Of a stretch of DNA of 64,000 nt, positions 39,301-51,389 are shown piece by piece. Where the stretch lies: positions 561,018 to 625,017 of the forward strand of contig BDGG01000013.1 in the NCBI GenBank assembly GCA_001949185.1, given 5' to 3'. The position numbers and the translations under genes were made by a program. Every line of letters starts with the position of its first letter. Positions within the stretch are counted from its first letter, which is position 1. The stretch is from Ramazzottius varieornatus. Lineage: Eukaryota; Animalia; Tardigrada. Below the pieces are notes generated by a model. That model was given only the letters and a program-made list of their open reading frames with translations, was not told the origin of the DNA and did no database searches.

Positions 39301-39530
39301 TGATCACTACGGGCATGTCTGGTGGTCGAGTACGATAATAATATTTGGAGATAATGTCTCCCAACGGGGTATCGGCTGACTTATTGTAACCATGAACAGA
39401 GTCCAGCAGCAACCGGAGTTTTCGACCAGAAGATGGCAGAGAATTAGCTCTTTTCACTGCCAGATCGACGACGGAAGAGTAGTACATCATGTCAGAGGGA
39501 AGGGTCGCCAGGATGAGAACATCGAAAACT
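36330..39530 (-). pseudogene. NPR-C-like receptor C (ANF ectodomain, TM, ~30-aa tail); frameshifted; start exon not found
   Basis: Exons with DLAVKRAN, DKSLYPT..RYKWTTFALLCD, WCHNDSLDALARPAF, GKVYIDEKGRK, PMNEPRCGFSG; TM ILSLLLYILSALIILFGIFIMTAI; tail ..YAVYQRERTLFSSIHLQQEQLTFYSRLH* (stop 36330-32). Frame change near 38280. Confidence 0.75.
37251..38056. mobile_element. hAT-type non-autonomous element with AAACC/GGTTT subterminal arrays
   Basis: Ends tagagctatta / taacagctcta; 8-bp TSD gtctaaat/gtctgaat; dense aaacc/ggttt motifs at both ends. Confidence 0.8.
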
Positions 39531-40049
39531 ATCGCGGGCCCAGCAATAGCAGTGTACCGTCACGGGACCTCTCCCATCTCTTTATTCTACTGTATCAAAG
39601 ATCAAGTATAGACCAATGCCGTGCGCACTTGAGGCACTTGAATCTGACTCATTAGATCTGATGAAAGCCGTACAGGCTGCAGTGAACCATTAGCAAACGT
39701 TCTACAGACGTTGCCAGAAAGGCCAGACGATCCCATGTTTTCAGTACGATCGAATAGGAAGAAAAAAATCTTAAAGACATGCTTGCTGCGCTTGAATATG
39801 TTCCCCTTGTTGTTCCTCCATTTTTCCACTGGAAGCCATTGCGAGTTTCAATCCTAGTCAATTTGCCTGAAGGATAGTGACCTATTATTTAATCGAAAAA
39901 TAAGCATAAGGCAGATCCGGTGCGCCATGTCTGAGACAGGGCAGACTCGCCAGCTTGTTTTGAAATGTCCCACTGGTGACATGCAGTGCTCATCAGTATA
40001 TTAAAGCCCGAGGCCTCAGACCTGCAAAATGTCGTGACATCACGCAGAT

Positions 40050-40300
40050 TAAGCTGCTACTGTGTGATGAAAGTCCCACTGTAGCTAAAATGAACTGCAA
40101 CGTCACACATAAGCGCAGCACCCGATCAGAACTTTGAACGGTTGGGGTGCCACCATGCTTCTCAATGCTAACTAACCGTAACTCCCATTACGCTATTTGC
40201 CGAAAATAAGGGGAGCTCCGGAAAGCATATTGTAGTTACCAGTTACGAAATGGGGCGGAGCAAGCCCTTACTACAGTCGGAAAGTGAACAGGAATCCCAC
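40050..40300 (+). mobile_element. GTTGCCAC-family MITE copy
   Basis: gatgaaagtcccact..gatcagaacttt..aaaataaggggagctccg shared with the copies at 26170 and 56941. Confidence 0.7.
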
Positions 40301-41934
40301 GGAAAATCAGGTATGTTCGATGAAGGCCGTTTTTGTATTTAACTCCCGTGTCGTTTGGGGTAAGCGATTTAATACAAAGGGCATCCGCGAAGGAATAGAA
40401 TGGTCCAGTTTTGTATTCCGATCGACGTTGTTTCGGTAATACGAAAATTACCTACAAAACAATACATCCTTCGTATTCCTCCTGGGATATGAGGCGTAAG
40501 TGGCATACAAAAGTTTTTTTTCTTTGATTGATGCTTACCGATAGGCTGAAGTTTCTGATATACACTTGGTTGGACGGCGTCAGCCCATCTGACAGATGTA
40601 TGCGCCACGTGTCAACGGAGGTTCCGGACTTGGGATTATACCGTCCGGCAACTATAAAGGTCTCGCGTGTACCGAAAACTTTCTCCATCAGTTCTGAAGC
40701 AAAAAGCTGCCGTTCTGCTGCGACAACTCTTTCTTTCAAGAGTAGCAACAAGTTTCCCTAAAATAATGACAGGATAATCATAATTCAAATATCATAGGAA
40801 AATTTGATTTTGGTGTTCTTATCAATGTGGGCCATGAGTCAGCATTCGAAAACCGAGATGGCGCCATCATTCCACTAGTACAAACGGAATACAAAACCAG
40901 GAAACCCATTGTATTTCTTTCTTGATCCATTGTATTTATTTCTCAATTTCACAGTCTGGTTTTCGGTGGGCGTGGCAGCTTAATCTTTGTATTAGTGACG
41001 GGCACACCATGTAGCAACACGCAGATCAGCCTGCTCGCTGGCCTGACTCGAGTCGGCCAGGGGTGCTTCGTAGTTCCTCAACCAAGCCTACCCCCAGTTC
41101 CAATGCGACCACCACTGCAGGCCAGTTTGAAGTTGTTTAGCACCCATTCGTACAAACATCTTTTCAACAAAAGGAAAATCTGGCATATAGGGAACCATAC
41201 GGTGGACTATATGGTGAACCGCTGATCTTGTCCAAGATTTGCTCTTCACCAATATGGTGGTTGACTGGAGCTAAAAGCTCACGAGTAAGTCGTCTGCTTT
41301 CCTTGCGCCCTTACTCTTGGCCATGCTGAGAACTGCTGCCACCTTCAAGTCTCTGCCAAGCTTTCTTTGAGTCAGAGTAAATGCCTACCTGGCCCAACGC
41401 AAGTCATTTGCGGATGTTCTATTGAATATTCTGCTGTTTACCACTGATATTCTCTTCTTCCTCAATGGAAACTCCAGATCCCCTTGCGGAAGGTGTAAAG
41501 TGATGTTTCGAACCTCTTAAGGGCTGCCACCAACGAAACGCGAACTTTTCGAGAAAGTTTTTTTCCGCAGTTGATAATACGTATTGCGGCGCTGTAACAG
41601 CTTCCGTCGGAAGCTACAGAAAATAATTTGAACACTAGTTTGGTCATTCCTCACTGGTGTGAGGTTCGGGATATCATTTTGCACCGTCCGCACGTGGAAT
41701 CTGGAGTTTCCTTAGATAACGGACCAGTTTTTGGATCGTCTTGTGTGACGCTATACAGGCTATAACACGGGTTCTACGGTGGATGAGGCACCTTCGGGAA
41801 TTCCTCCACCTCCAGGAAGTGGCTATTCGCCGGTCCTCCCGATACTTTGTAGAGAGCTAAGGGCCTCAGCTATCATATAAAAGCATCGTTTTCGTGATCG
41901 GCGAGTGACATGGTCTGAAAGGTCTCTCGTTAGT

Positions 41935-42092
41935 AGCCGGTTCAACCTCGCAAATGTTTAGGGCGTATCTGGAATCCCTGCTCGTAGGAAGTATCGGTTC
42001 AACTTAGATACCTTCAGCTTTAGCTCGATCAAATACAGAGATGAACCGTATTAGGTTCAGAACTGCTTGGCAAGCAAACCAGTCCTGGCCAT
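41935..42092 (-). pseudogene. Relic of the first exon of a receptor D paralog
   Basis: WFACQAVLNL..I*VEPILPTSRDSRYALNICEVEPA aligns with WFSDQALLTI..LQVELILPTTKHPKYPANICEVGPA (45250-45395); contains an in-frame TAA. Confidence 0.75.
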
Positions 42093-42568
42093 CGTCACCG
42101 GTGTGTAACGGTGCTTCACTTTGACCGCAATTATTACGTATCCGCGCAGGGTTTCCCAGGCGTAGGTGCACGTCCGCAACGCTCCTGAGTCACCCGCGAA
42201 CGAAACTAAGACGGTCTCAGGAACCTGAATCACCCTGGTACCCAGAGCTAGCGATGTAAGCGAGCTTCTGGGTCTCTGAGGAACGCAAAAGTTTCCAGTC
42301 TGTATCGCGAGTTAGCGCGCCATCAGCTCATGGTTTATATTTGAGGAAACCCGCTTTATGGTCGAACTGTACTCTAAGTTCCTTGTGTTTGTTCTGATTT
42401 TTTTTTCTCTGTCATGGCTTGCATATCTCTCAACTTGGCTGTGCAGTAAAGATAGGAAGCTACGAAGTACTTTTGTATTTCTATGCGCTCAACATATATG
42501 CTTGGGAGATCTTTGTGTCGCCGAGGGTAGGCAGATATACCCGGGAAACTTTTGAGTCGTTGTGAAAA

Positions 42569-45404
42569 TCAATGGAAATGTCTCCGTGCATGCAGGTCAG
42601 AGTGGCCCGTCGACAGTCTTGCTCTGGTTAAACTATAATGCGACAACCGACCAGCGATGGAGTGCGCCGTGTGTGAGTATAGGCCTGATTTTCGCTTTAA
42701 TAGCGGAGCATTCAGTAGATAACCATTAAAAACCTCTCGGTAATGCTCGTTTCGTTTCCTGAAAGCAGAACCACATTTAGAGGTGAAATAATCGCAACGT
42801 AGAGCTGATTTAGTTTTGCGTGAAAAAATACGAACTTTCTCCATTCGAGCGCAGTAACCAACCCGATCAGTAGTACCAGGACCACCGTCACGGAACAGGC
42901 TGTTTGCACAGTTGCGCCACCTGAGAAAGACGGTACTCACGGTCACTCAACTCCGTTGGTGTCATAATCGGATCATTCAGTTCAGCCCTTACTCAGCACT
43001 TCCTCGCATAGTTCTCCATGAAACCCACAAAGTGGCGAGTTGGTCGGTGGATGTCCCAGCAGCCAAAATGGCGCATGAAGCTGGTCCATGCCGAACTTCA
43101 ATGGATTTACCAACCAAATGGGCTATCAATGAGCCATCGTTAATTGGTGCAAACAACCCTACGTCAGGTTTCTAGCTTGTGCGCTGATGACCTACCGTGA
43201 GCTGCCGTGTTACGGGGTTGTACTGGTCAACTGTTGTCGCACTACGACGCGCTCCAGTTTGGTCAAAGTAAACTGTTCCAGCTGGCGTTCGGAAACTGCG
43301 ATTACGAAAGTACTCAACCAGCATAGCAGACCCGTGGCTCAAGAGCTGTTGAGCAGCGGTCGTGGAACTAGAGTTGACAATTTGTGCTAGGACCTAGTAA
43401 TCGCAAAAACCCGGTAATTTTGACATAAAGGGTAGGACTGCATGGAGTACCGGGTCGCACCTGTGCAAGAACGTGAGTCGCGATGTAGGCCGTTACGGGG
43501 TAGGCGGAATCCTGTGGTGACAAGAGGTCATCGTAAGATAAGGCTTCAAGAAGCATACTTGAGATGATCCGATACACGAGCTGTTGAACTGCCGAAGGAA
43601 GTACTTGAGAGTACACACCTTTCCTGGGAGCATCATCTGCCTGCAGTGAGAAGTGGCCTCCCTGTAGCCAAGCTGCTTCAGTTCAGTAAGAAAAGTGTCG
43701 GTGTCATTATCCTGTCCTTGAGAACTGAACGACTGTATTATCAAAGAGCGGTAAGCCTGGAAAATGATCTGAAAAACACATATCCACGTTTCAATGCATT
43801 TGTTTTTGCGGAGTTGATGCATTGCAAGCTGCAGGCTTAACCTTATCCTCTTAGTTACGTACTTCATCGTCAGTGTCATTTTGCAGCCACTGCACAGATC
43901 CCCAGTCTGGACTTTCAGCTCCCATGTTCAATGAGTTGTAGACCTGCAGCGACTGGTTGGACTAAGTACTGTACATGGCTGGAAACAGATAGTATCTGGA
44001 AAAGTCATTCAGGGCCTTACATATTCTCCGTTAGTCATGTTCGTCGACGAGGCCAGGATCTGTAAAGCAGGAAAAAAACGGATAGTCGTTAGCCGATTGA
44101 AACTGTACTGGTAGTCCCTAAATGTACTGTGCATCGCAACGTATCAGAAAGCGCAAAACCTTACCATGAAACGTCTCAAAACATTCGGCTTTAGACCCAG
44201 GGATAAGACTAAAATAGTAACTTCGTTGTAAGTGGCCCGTTGAGATTCCACTGTATATAGCTAACAAGATATCTCATACTGCACCTACAGTGCAGCGAAT
44301 GCATGCCTTCCGGTGGTCACGTGACATTGACAATCAGTCATCAATCTTACAAGACCTAGTGACCACCGAAGAACTGTGTTCTCTGAACTGTAGACCTACC
44401 ACGCGCGGATACTTGCACTTCTTGTAAGAGTTGTCGCACATTCTGTTGAAAGACGTCTTGTGGCTGCGATGAGTTTATGAAACGGAGAACGACTGTTCCC
44501 CCAATAGCTTGACCCATTGCCCTGACACCTGCCACAACTGTTGCAAGGCCGCCACCCGAACTCGAAGCCGTTGTGGTGTCGCCAGCATCGAGGACCATGT
44601 AGCACATTGTCCATTTGAACGTCCTCATCATGATGATAAAGTGCGTGGTAATGCTCAGTATGTCAAGACCACTGGTCAAAATGAAGTTAGGGTACAAAGT
44701 GAACATTGATTTGTCCATGGTTGCCACTCTAAACAAAAAATGTTTAGGTTCCAATGAGGTGAGGACAAACTATGAATTCGTTTTCGCATCAAGTTTCAGG
44801 ATAGATTCTGATGCCTTACCCTAATATCGCAAGGCTGTTATAACCTACAGGATACAGAGCATTCGAATAGGACAGCAAAGCTCCCCTTCTTTAACGATGG
44901 CAAAGCTTTATTTCAGAAATAGCAAGCTGTTGTCTCAATCTTACCGGCAGACATCTGTAACAGAGATTGCGCTTCGGTACATCCTGCGAAACGGCAAACC
45001 AGTGCTATTTTCTCAAGTTCAACGCGTTTCGTACTGGTTCGGGGTTTAATTTTGATACCGTCAAATGGTCCGAAGACAGCAATCTTTCTCTCACGTCGTG
45101 GACTGTAGTAGTATCTGGCCAACATGTCGCCCATTTCGCTTGTCAAGTCTTCACAGCTCTGGACTTCGGACTGCTCCAGATATTTAAAGGTTAAGTCGAG
45201 CTCCTTCGGGTACTGCGCATTCACATGCTCAACTGCCAGTTTGATGGCTGGTCCGACTTCACAAATATTCGCCGGGTACTTGGGATGTTTGGTGGTGGGA
45301 AGAATCAGTTCAACTTGAAGTGGTCGGAGCTGGCCCTGAGCAGATGCAAACGTAAACAATGAAATGGTGAGTAACGCTTGGTCTGAGAACCAGGAAAGTT
45401 TCAT
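42569..45404 (-). CDS. NPR-C-like receptor D: signal peptide, ANF ectodomain, TM, ~65-aa basic tail; no kinase or cyclase domain
   Basis: About 13 GT-AG exons: MKLSWF..GPAIKLAVEHVN; GCTE; RTFKWT; MTNGEY; WLQNDTDDE; GTVYFDQTGAR; PPTNSPLCGFHGELC; TM ACSVTVVLVLLIGLVTAL; tail KRNEHYREVF..RRHFH*. Confidence 0.85.
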
Positions 45405-45865
45405 GATTGGTTATTGCCACAGTTTCGGAACGAAGATGCGGCTAATGTGGATGGATGGATGGTTTGATCAGAAGTTTGGCGCCATCGTTGCAGCTCGGTG
45501 TTTCTCTGCACTTGACTCGGTTGCACAGGTAAGAAATGCAGTGAAACGGGGAAAAACGGAGCTGGAATCGTTTTTGTTCCTCTGCGAAGGCGCTGAGTAC
45601 TTCACTCGGGCTCAGTTGAAACAAGAAACATCGGACCCTCATTTTAACAAATCGAAACTTTATCCGTCAAGCCTTCTTATGGTTTCTGATTTCCTGCAGC
45701 TGATGTGGGTGCGCCGATTTTGTCTAAGAACACACCTGACAAATGGGCCTTCCTCAATTAGCAGTACTACAAACCGCTTACACCGGTAACGGAGTGCCCG
45801 GAAGCGGTAAGTGTCTAGTCGAGGCTAGGGAGCAGTCAGACGTCCCCAACGGAAGTATTAAGAAC

Positions 45866-46172
45866 TCCAGGTACGAGGTAGCCGGCATGGAGATATTCAG
45901 GCCTGAACCTAGCTTCTGCTGCTTCAAGTTACATTTTCTTGGCTTGCAGATTAAGATCAGCCTGTTTCGATCCTTCTGAAACAGACCGGAAGCTCACAGG
46001 AAGCAAAACCAAGGAGATATCTGTCTTGGAGGGAAGCAGGTCGGACGTAATGTTAAAGAGCCTATTTGCAGTACTATGAGCAACCAATCGACCATTTTTG
46101 CCAATGCTTCGTGGATACTTCCATGCCGGAATTTCAGATGGATATCTCCATGCCGCATACCTCGTGCTCGGT
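45866..46172. repeat. Inverted-repeat element (MITE-like)
   Basis: acgaggtagccggcatggagatat versus atatctccatgccgcatacctcgt. Confidence 0.55.
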
Positions 46173-46449
46173 CACTACAGAGCTTGAGATGAGGGTGGCC
46201 CAGCTGTTTCCGAGCTCACAGCACGTGAATTAACACTTAGTCTGGATTAAGAAGACTAATTACTTCTTGAAATCTTTCATCTGGGTGGTAGAGTCTTCCG
46301 ACCAGCGGAAATTGAATTCGGTATTGGAACAGTCTGCACATTGTTTTCATCCGACGCTGCAAGATGGCACTGGCCTCTAGTATTCAGAAAAAAATTTATC
46401 GACGAATTTTCATTTGGATGCCAGGGAATAGCAAGTTAGCAAACCATCC

Positions 46450-49400
46450 ATTTGCTAAAGTTGCCAATATTCAGGAGTCGCGTCAGGCACAGGGATGGTC
46501 AGCCAAGCGAGAAAGATGAAAATACTGGTTGGTACCGAATGGCCCACCATCTATTTAATCAGACAGAGCGGTGCGCGGTCCTTCGTAGTTGTCAGAAAGT
46601 CAATGTGTGTTACAATCTGAGTAAATTTTCTACACCGCAGACTCCACACTGTAAAAAGGCTCGCGAGTTGATCCGGGTTACAGGAAGTATTTACGCGCAA
46701 TGTCTAGGTTCCCTACACAGTCCGCTATGGCGGACGCGACGGCTTTTCCGCGGGTTTGCCGTGAAAACTCCAGCGATATGCTGCTGAACAGGCTTGAGGC
46801 CTGGGCCGCAGGTCGAAAAGTACGCTGAATCTGCGCCCTTTTCCGGTACTCGGCAACTGCGCTGCGCTGCGTAAGTCTAGACCGGAGGGACGGTGCAGCT
46901 GCGCTGCACCTTACCGTACCTGCGAGGCAACTGAGCTGCGGTTCTTTTTGTCTGTCGACAACGCGACAGAAGTGGCAATAGCAGAGGAAGGTACTGGCGA
47001 ACCAAACCCTGCCGGTACCACCCACGCGGCTATTGTAACAAAGGGGATGCCTGTAACTTCTTGCACGTCCTTCCACAGAGTAATCTAGGTAGGTCAGGAG
47101 ACACTCGTGCACCTGTCCCGAACCAGGCACAATTCCGCAAATCAAGGGAAATCTGCTGGAATTACAACAGCGGCTACTGCGGGTGGGGAACTGAGTGCTG
47201 AGTGGGGAAAACGCCGTGTATCCCATCAAAACTCGAGTTTTCTTAAACAGCTCGAAGCATAAATTAATTTTCATTCGCACCGCAGAAACGTTGGATGCCC
47301 GAAAGGTCAAACACTGGCAAAAGCAGTGCTTCACCGGGGCACTGCGCACGGCGGTGGGCGGCCATGAACACCACGGCGGTCAGGGCGGCATCGGCCGTAA
47401 CGCATGATACATCGTAATGCTGGTCACGATGGTGGTAGGGATTATGATGGCGGCGGATATGGTGGTGTTGGCCGAGACCACGGTGTAACCGGCAGCGCAG
47501 TGCAGGTTGGCATGTCAAGCGGCGTCCAAAATGACGCTGCCTCCCGACCCACCACCTCTCTAGCTTCAAAAAGCTCCGTTGGGGGGGGGGGCTGGCTGCG
47601 AAAGCCTCCAGCAGCCTACAGCGCCCCTTTACAACTCGCTGTAGAACTACCCGCAGTATGAAGATCATCTGCTGGAATGTCAATGGACATAAACTAGCCG
47701 CGAACCATCACATTCAGTCACCCTTCAAAACGTATGATATAATCGCCCTCACAGAAGCCCATTGTCTCGAATACCACTCGTTTTTCGACCGAACGCTTTT
47801 TCCCTCACTGTCCGTAATTACCCACAACGCCACCTTGGGTTCGTGATCGAAGCAAGGCGGTATCATGGTTCCATCATGCTCCTACTATCTGAGAAAAGTC
47901 GAACCACAATTCTCGGATCATTTTCTCGCCCTCGAAGTGGCCGACAAGGATGGCTCCATCCTGTGCACAGTGGTTGTGGTATACGTTCCCCGAAGCCGAT
48001 CAGTCTACATATCCCAAGAAAGAGAATATGGAATGTGGGAAAAGTCGACGTCACTAACTTACAGACGTAACACCGCGTGTTCACTGGTCGTCGCGGGTGA
48101 TTTGAACACGCACCTCTGTGACCTATCTTTCAGTGTTTTGGTCGACGGACCTTATGACAGTCAAGAGCTTGTCCCGGTGAAATACAGCGACAATTTAGAC
48201 CGAACCCCCAATAACTATCGGTCAAAGCTCTTCCTTGACTACGCCCGAGAAGGAGACCTCATTAGTCTAAATGGGCTTAATGATTTTGACAAGAGTTTCC
48301 CTCCCAGATATACATTCGAAAGACGCTGTCATAGTTCGGTCCAGCGTTCAACCATTGACTACTGTCTGGTGCGGTCCACCGAGGTGTCCCTCATATCCGC
48401 CTTTGGGCTGCTGGACCGACACCTCGGCATCTCCGATGATCTACTCCTAAGTGTGGAAATCAAACTGAACACACAGGGGATACAAGGGGAAAGGCCACGC
48501 CTTACGCCTTCTGATCAACCGAAAGTCCGCACCAACTGGGCTACCTTGGTCCAGCAGATTATCGGTCCCCTGACGTCATCCTTCACTTCTGGGGTATGTG
48601 ATGGAAGGTCAGCACTTCTCGAAATGGAGCCGAACATGGTCGCGCGGCAGCGAATAGCACACTTGTATCAGCCACAAGTGCCACAGTGCGACCCACACTC
48701 GAGCTCTCTTCGAGAGAACTTGAAAGAAAACAAAGCGGCATACTCCAGTACCTGTGATAAGAAAGCTAGAAGAACATTAGCTGCAAGAATGCGCCGGACG
48801 GTGAGGTTTTCGTACACCAACGAGCACCTAACCTCCTCTCAATAACTCCTACGGGCAAAGCATCGAAACACGGGTAGCTTTGGAAAATTTTCAGAGGCCC
48901 AGACAGTAATAACCCTCTACCCGTCACCGTGTTTAATATTACGGCGTACTTTTCGCGTATTATGGGAGGGCTAACTGAACCACTTCCGGCTGACGGGGCG
49001 ATACAGGGTCTCTTTCGATCAACAGTTACGAAAGCCTGTCACGATCCCCCTACACGTGAGGAGCTTTTGGTGGCAGTTGCGAACATTCAGTCAAAGAGAT
49101 CCAGTGGACCCGACAAGTTACCAACTGAGCGCTACAAGATCCTACTGTACCACCACAACTTTTAGTCGCTCGTGCTGTCATGTTTTAACGACATGCTGCT
49201 TGCGGGTACAGTACCTCCCGAATGGCTCCTATCAATACTCGTAACCATCCCTAAGAAGGGAAAAAGTGTCCTTAGAGAACCTACGCCCAATTTTTATCAT
49301 GGCGCCACCCATGAGGATCTTCATGAAGCTCGTGTGTGGAAGGATGATCTCTCTCATCTTCCCCACGGCGCCCACCATTTTGGTTTCGCAACTGGCAAGT

Positions 49401-51050
49401 CCTGTTCTGAAGGACTTCTCACATATGCGGCCGCAGTCAAGACCTCCCTGTCCAAAAACAGCTACTGTACAGCGGTCTTTCTTGACCTCAAGATCGTCTT
49501 CGACACGGTTAACCATGGTGCATTGCCTGCACTGCTTGACATCTCTATGACGCCCTCTCCCCTTTATAGAATCGTCAAAACATATACGTAACTCATCGTG
49601 CAGTGTTTTTGCGAACGGCGAATACGGGGAACCCTTCAGAATTTCAAGAGGTGTAAAGCAAGGTGACCCAGCGTCGGAGGAGCTCTTCATTCTGTACCTC
49701 TAGATGCTACCTATGTACGTCAGCGCAGGCAGGCAAGCAGAAATCACCTTGGGCGGTCGCCCTGTTTTCCTGCTGCTTTACGCTGACGACATTGTAACAC
49801 TCTTGATCTCTGCTGAGCACTCGCCGTTGACCACCAACCGCGTCTGTGAATACATTGAGGCTCTTGGTCTCTCCCTGAACGTTCCGAAGTGCGCACTAAT
49901 GCACATCAGTAGAATCAAAGCGCGTCTTCCGTCACCTCCGTCCTTTTTCATCAAACAGACGGAAGTCGATAAATCAACTCAGTTCAAATACCTCGGAGCC
50001 TCGATCAACAGCTCCAACAACTACACGCAGACGAGACTGGCGAACGTGCCGACCGCGTGCGCCGCTTCGGCTGTAATGCTTCGCGGTCTCACGCGAACAG
50101 TCGCGCATGCGCCAGTTTGCATAGGAGTAGAACTCTTTGGTACCTTCGTGAAGTGGGTGGCGTCCACAGGTCATGTCATTTTCAATGAGTGGTTCCCATC
50201 TGAGTCATGTCTTCTGAAGAACGACAAGCTGAACCAAGTTTCAACCCGGTGTGCCAAAACCCTGCTTGGTGTAAGGCGAACTACCTCGTACTGTGGATTG
50301 TACCACATCACAGGTATACTTCCCCCCACTCTTCAAATTGTTCGGATGACTGTCAACTTCTATATCAAGGTGGCGCGCTCGTCGTCCGACGAGCTCGAAG
50401 CCTGCGTCGTCCGACGAGCTCGAAGCCTGCGTCCTAAAACAAATCCTTGTGAACCGACAGTTGCGAGGTTCCCTGTGCAGAAGGTTCCTCCAACCAATTT
50501 TCGGGTTGGAAGACTCAGCCTCAGCAGAGACTTCTATCGCAAAAATATGTGAGTTCAATCAAACAGAATTTTTCGCGTTAGCCAAAACACATTACTTTGC
50601 CGCTCTTCACAATATGATCCGACCGTCGCCTAGCTGAGTATTCTCGTGGAGATCTCATCTGCTGACGCCGTACCGGCCTGGCTGTCTGATAGCGCTAACT
50701 TCCCCGCTCGACTCGCGCACACAATGTGCCAGGTCCTGCTGTCATCACATAACCTCTCTGTCGAGATGGGCCGGTGGTCTTCACCCGCTTGCCTCTCTCT
50801 CTCTGAACAGGCTCGACACTCAGTTTCGTCGTTTTGACAAAATCAAAAAACCGCATGTCGAGCATGTTCATACTTTTAGACAAGTTTGCGACTTGCAGGT
50901 GCGCGTCGCACGACAGTACGCAGGTCATGTCGCTAATCTGCGCATTTGCGGCCTGTAAATCCGGCAAGCGCATATACGAGACATGCACCTACCTATTGCC
51001 TTACGGCACGCACCTGCAAGTCAGTTCCCTGTCTAAAAATAAGCAGGCTC
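46450..51050 (+). mobile_element. Decayed non-LTR retrotransposon (APE endonuclease + RT); degenerate ORF1 upstream of 47658
   Basis: MKIICWNVNG, IIALTEAH, VAGDLNTH, STIDY, GISD (APE); SSGPD, IPKKG, FLDLK.VFDTVNH, GVKQGDP, LLYADD, FKYLG (RT); C-terminal SSHNLSVEMGRW. Many stops and frameshifts; 25-bp tandem duplication at 50380-50429. Ends are approximate. Confidence 0.93.
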
Positions 51051-51389
51051 TGAGCAGGCACTAAGACTACCAACCTCATTTTTGCCGCACATAGTGGTGA
51101 GCACTGGTCCGTCGTGTACTGTTCAGTGTCCAGCCACTGTCTCACTGACGAGGTGCTGAACATCGTACTGCACAAACTGATTGCAGTGCCCACCAACTGA
51201 TCAACCATATGTTCTGGCAGCAATCAAGCAAATCAACTTTGTGCAGCACGATGTTCAGCAGTTCGTCAGCCTCAAGGCTGTTCACTAAAATTTCGATTGA
51301 TATTTTCGTTGTTGCTGATTCTAGACACGAGATTTCTCGTTGTCCAACTTGTCCGGTTTCGAGACTGATTCTGATCTTCGTATTTAGGG

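Noticed and set aside
47658-50552. RT as a retron, DGR or novel RT system
   Set aside because: The upstream APE domain and the numerous stops identify an ordinary decayed LINE.
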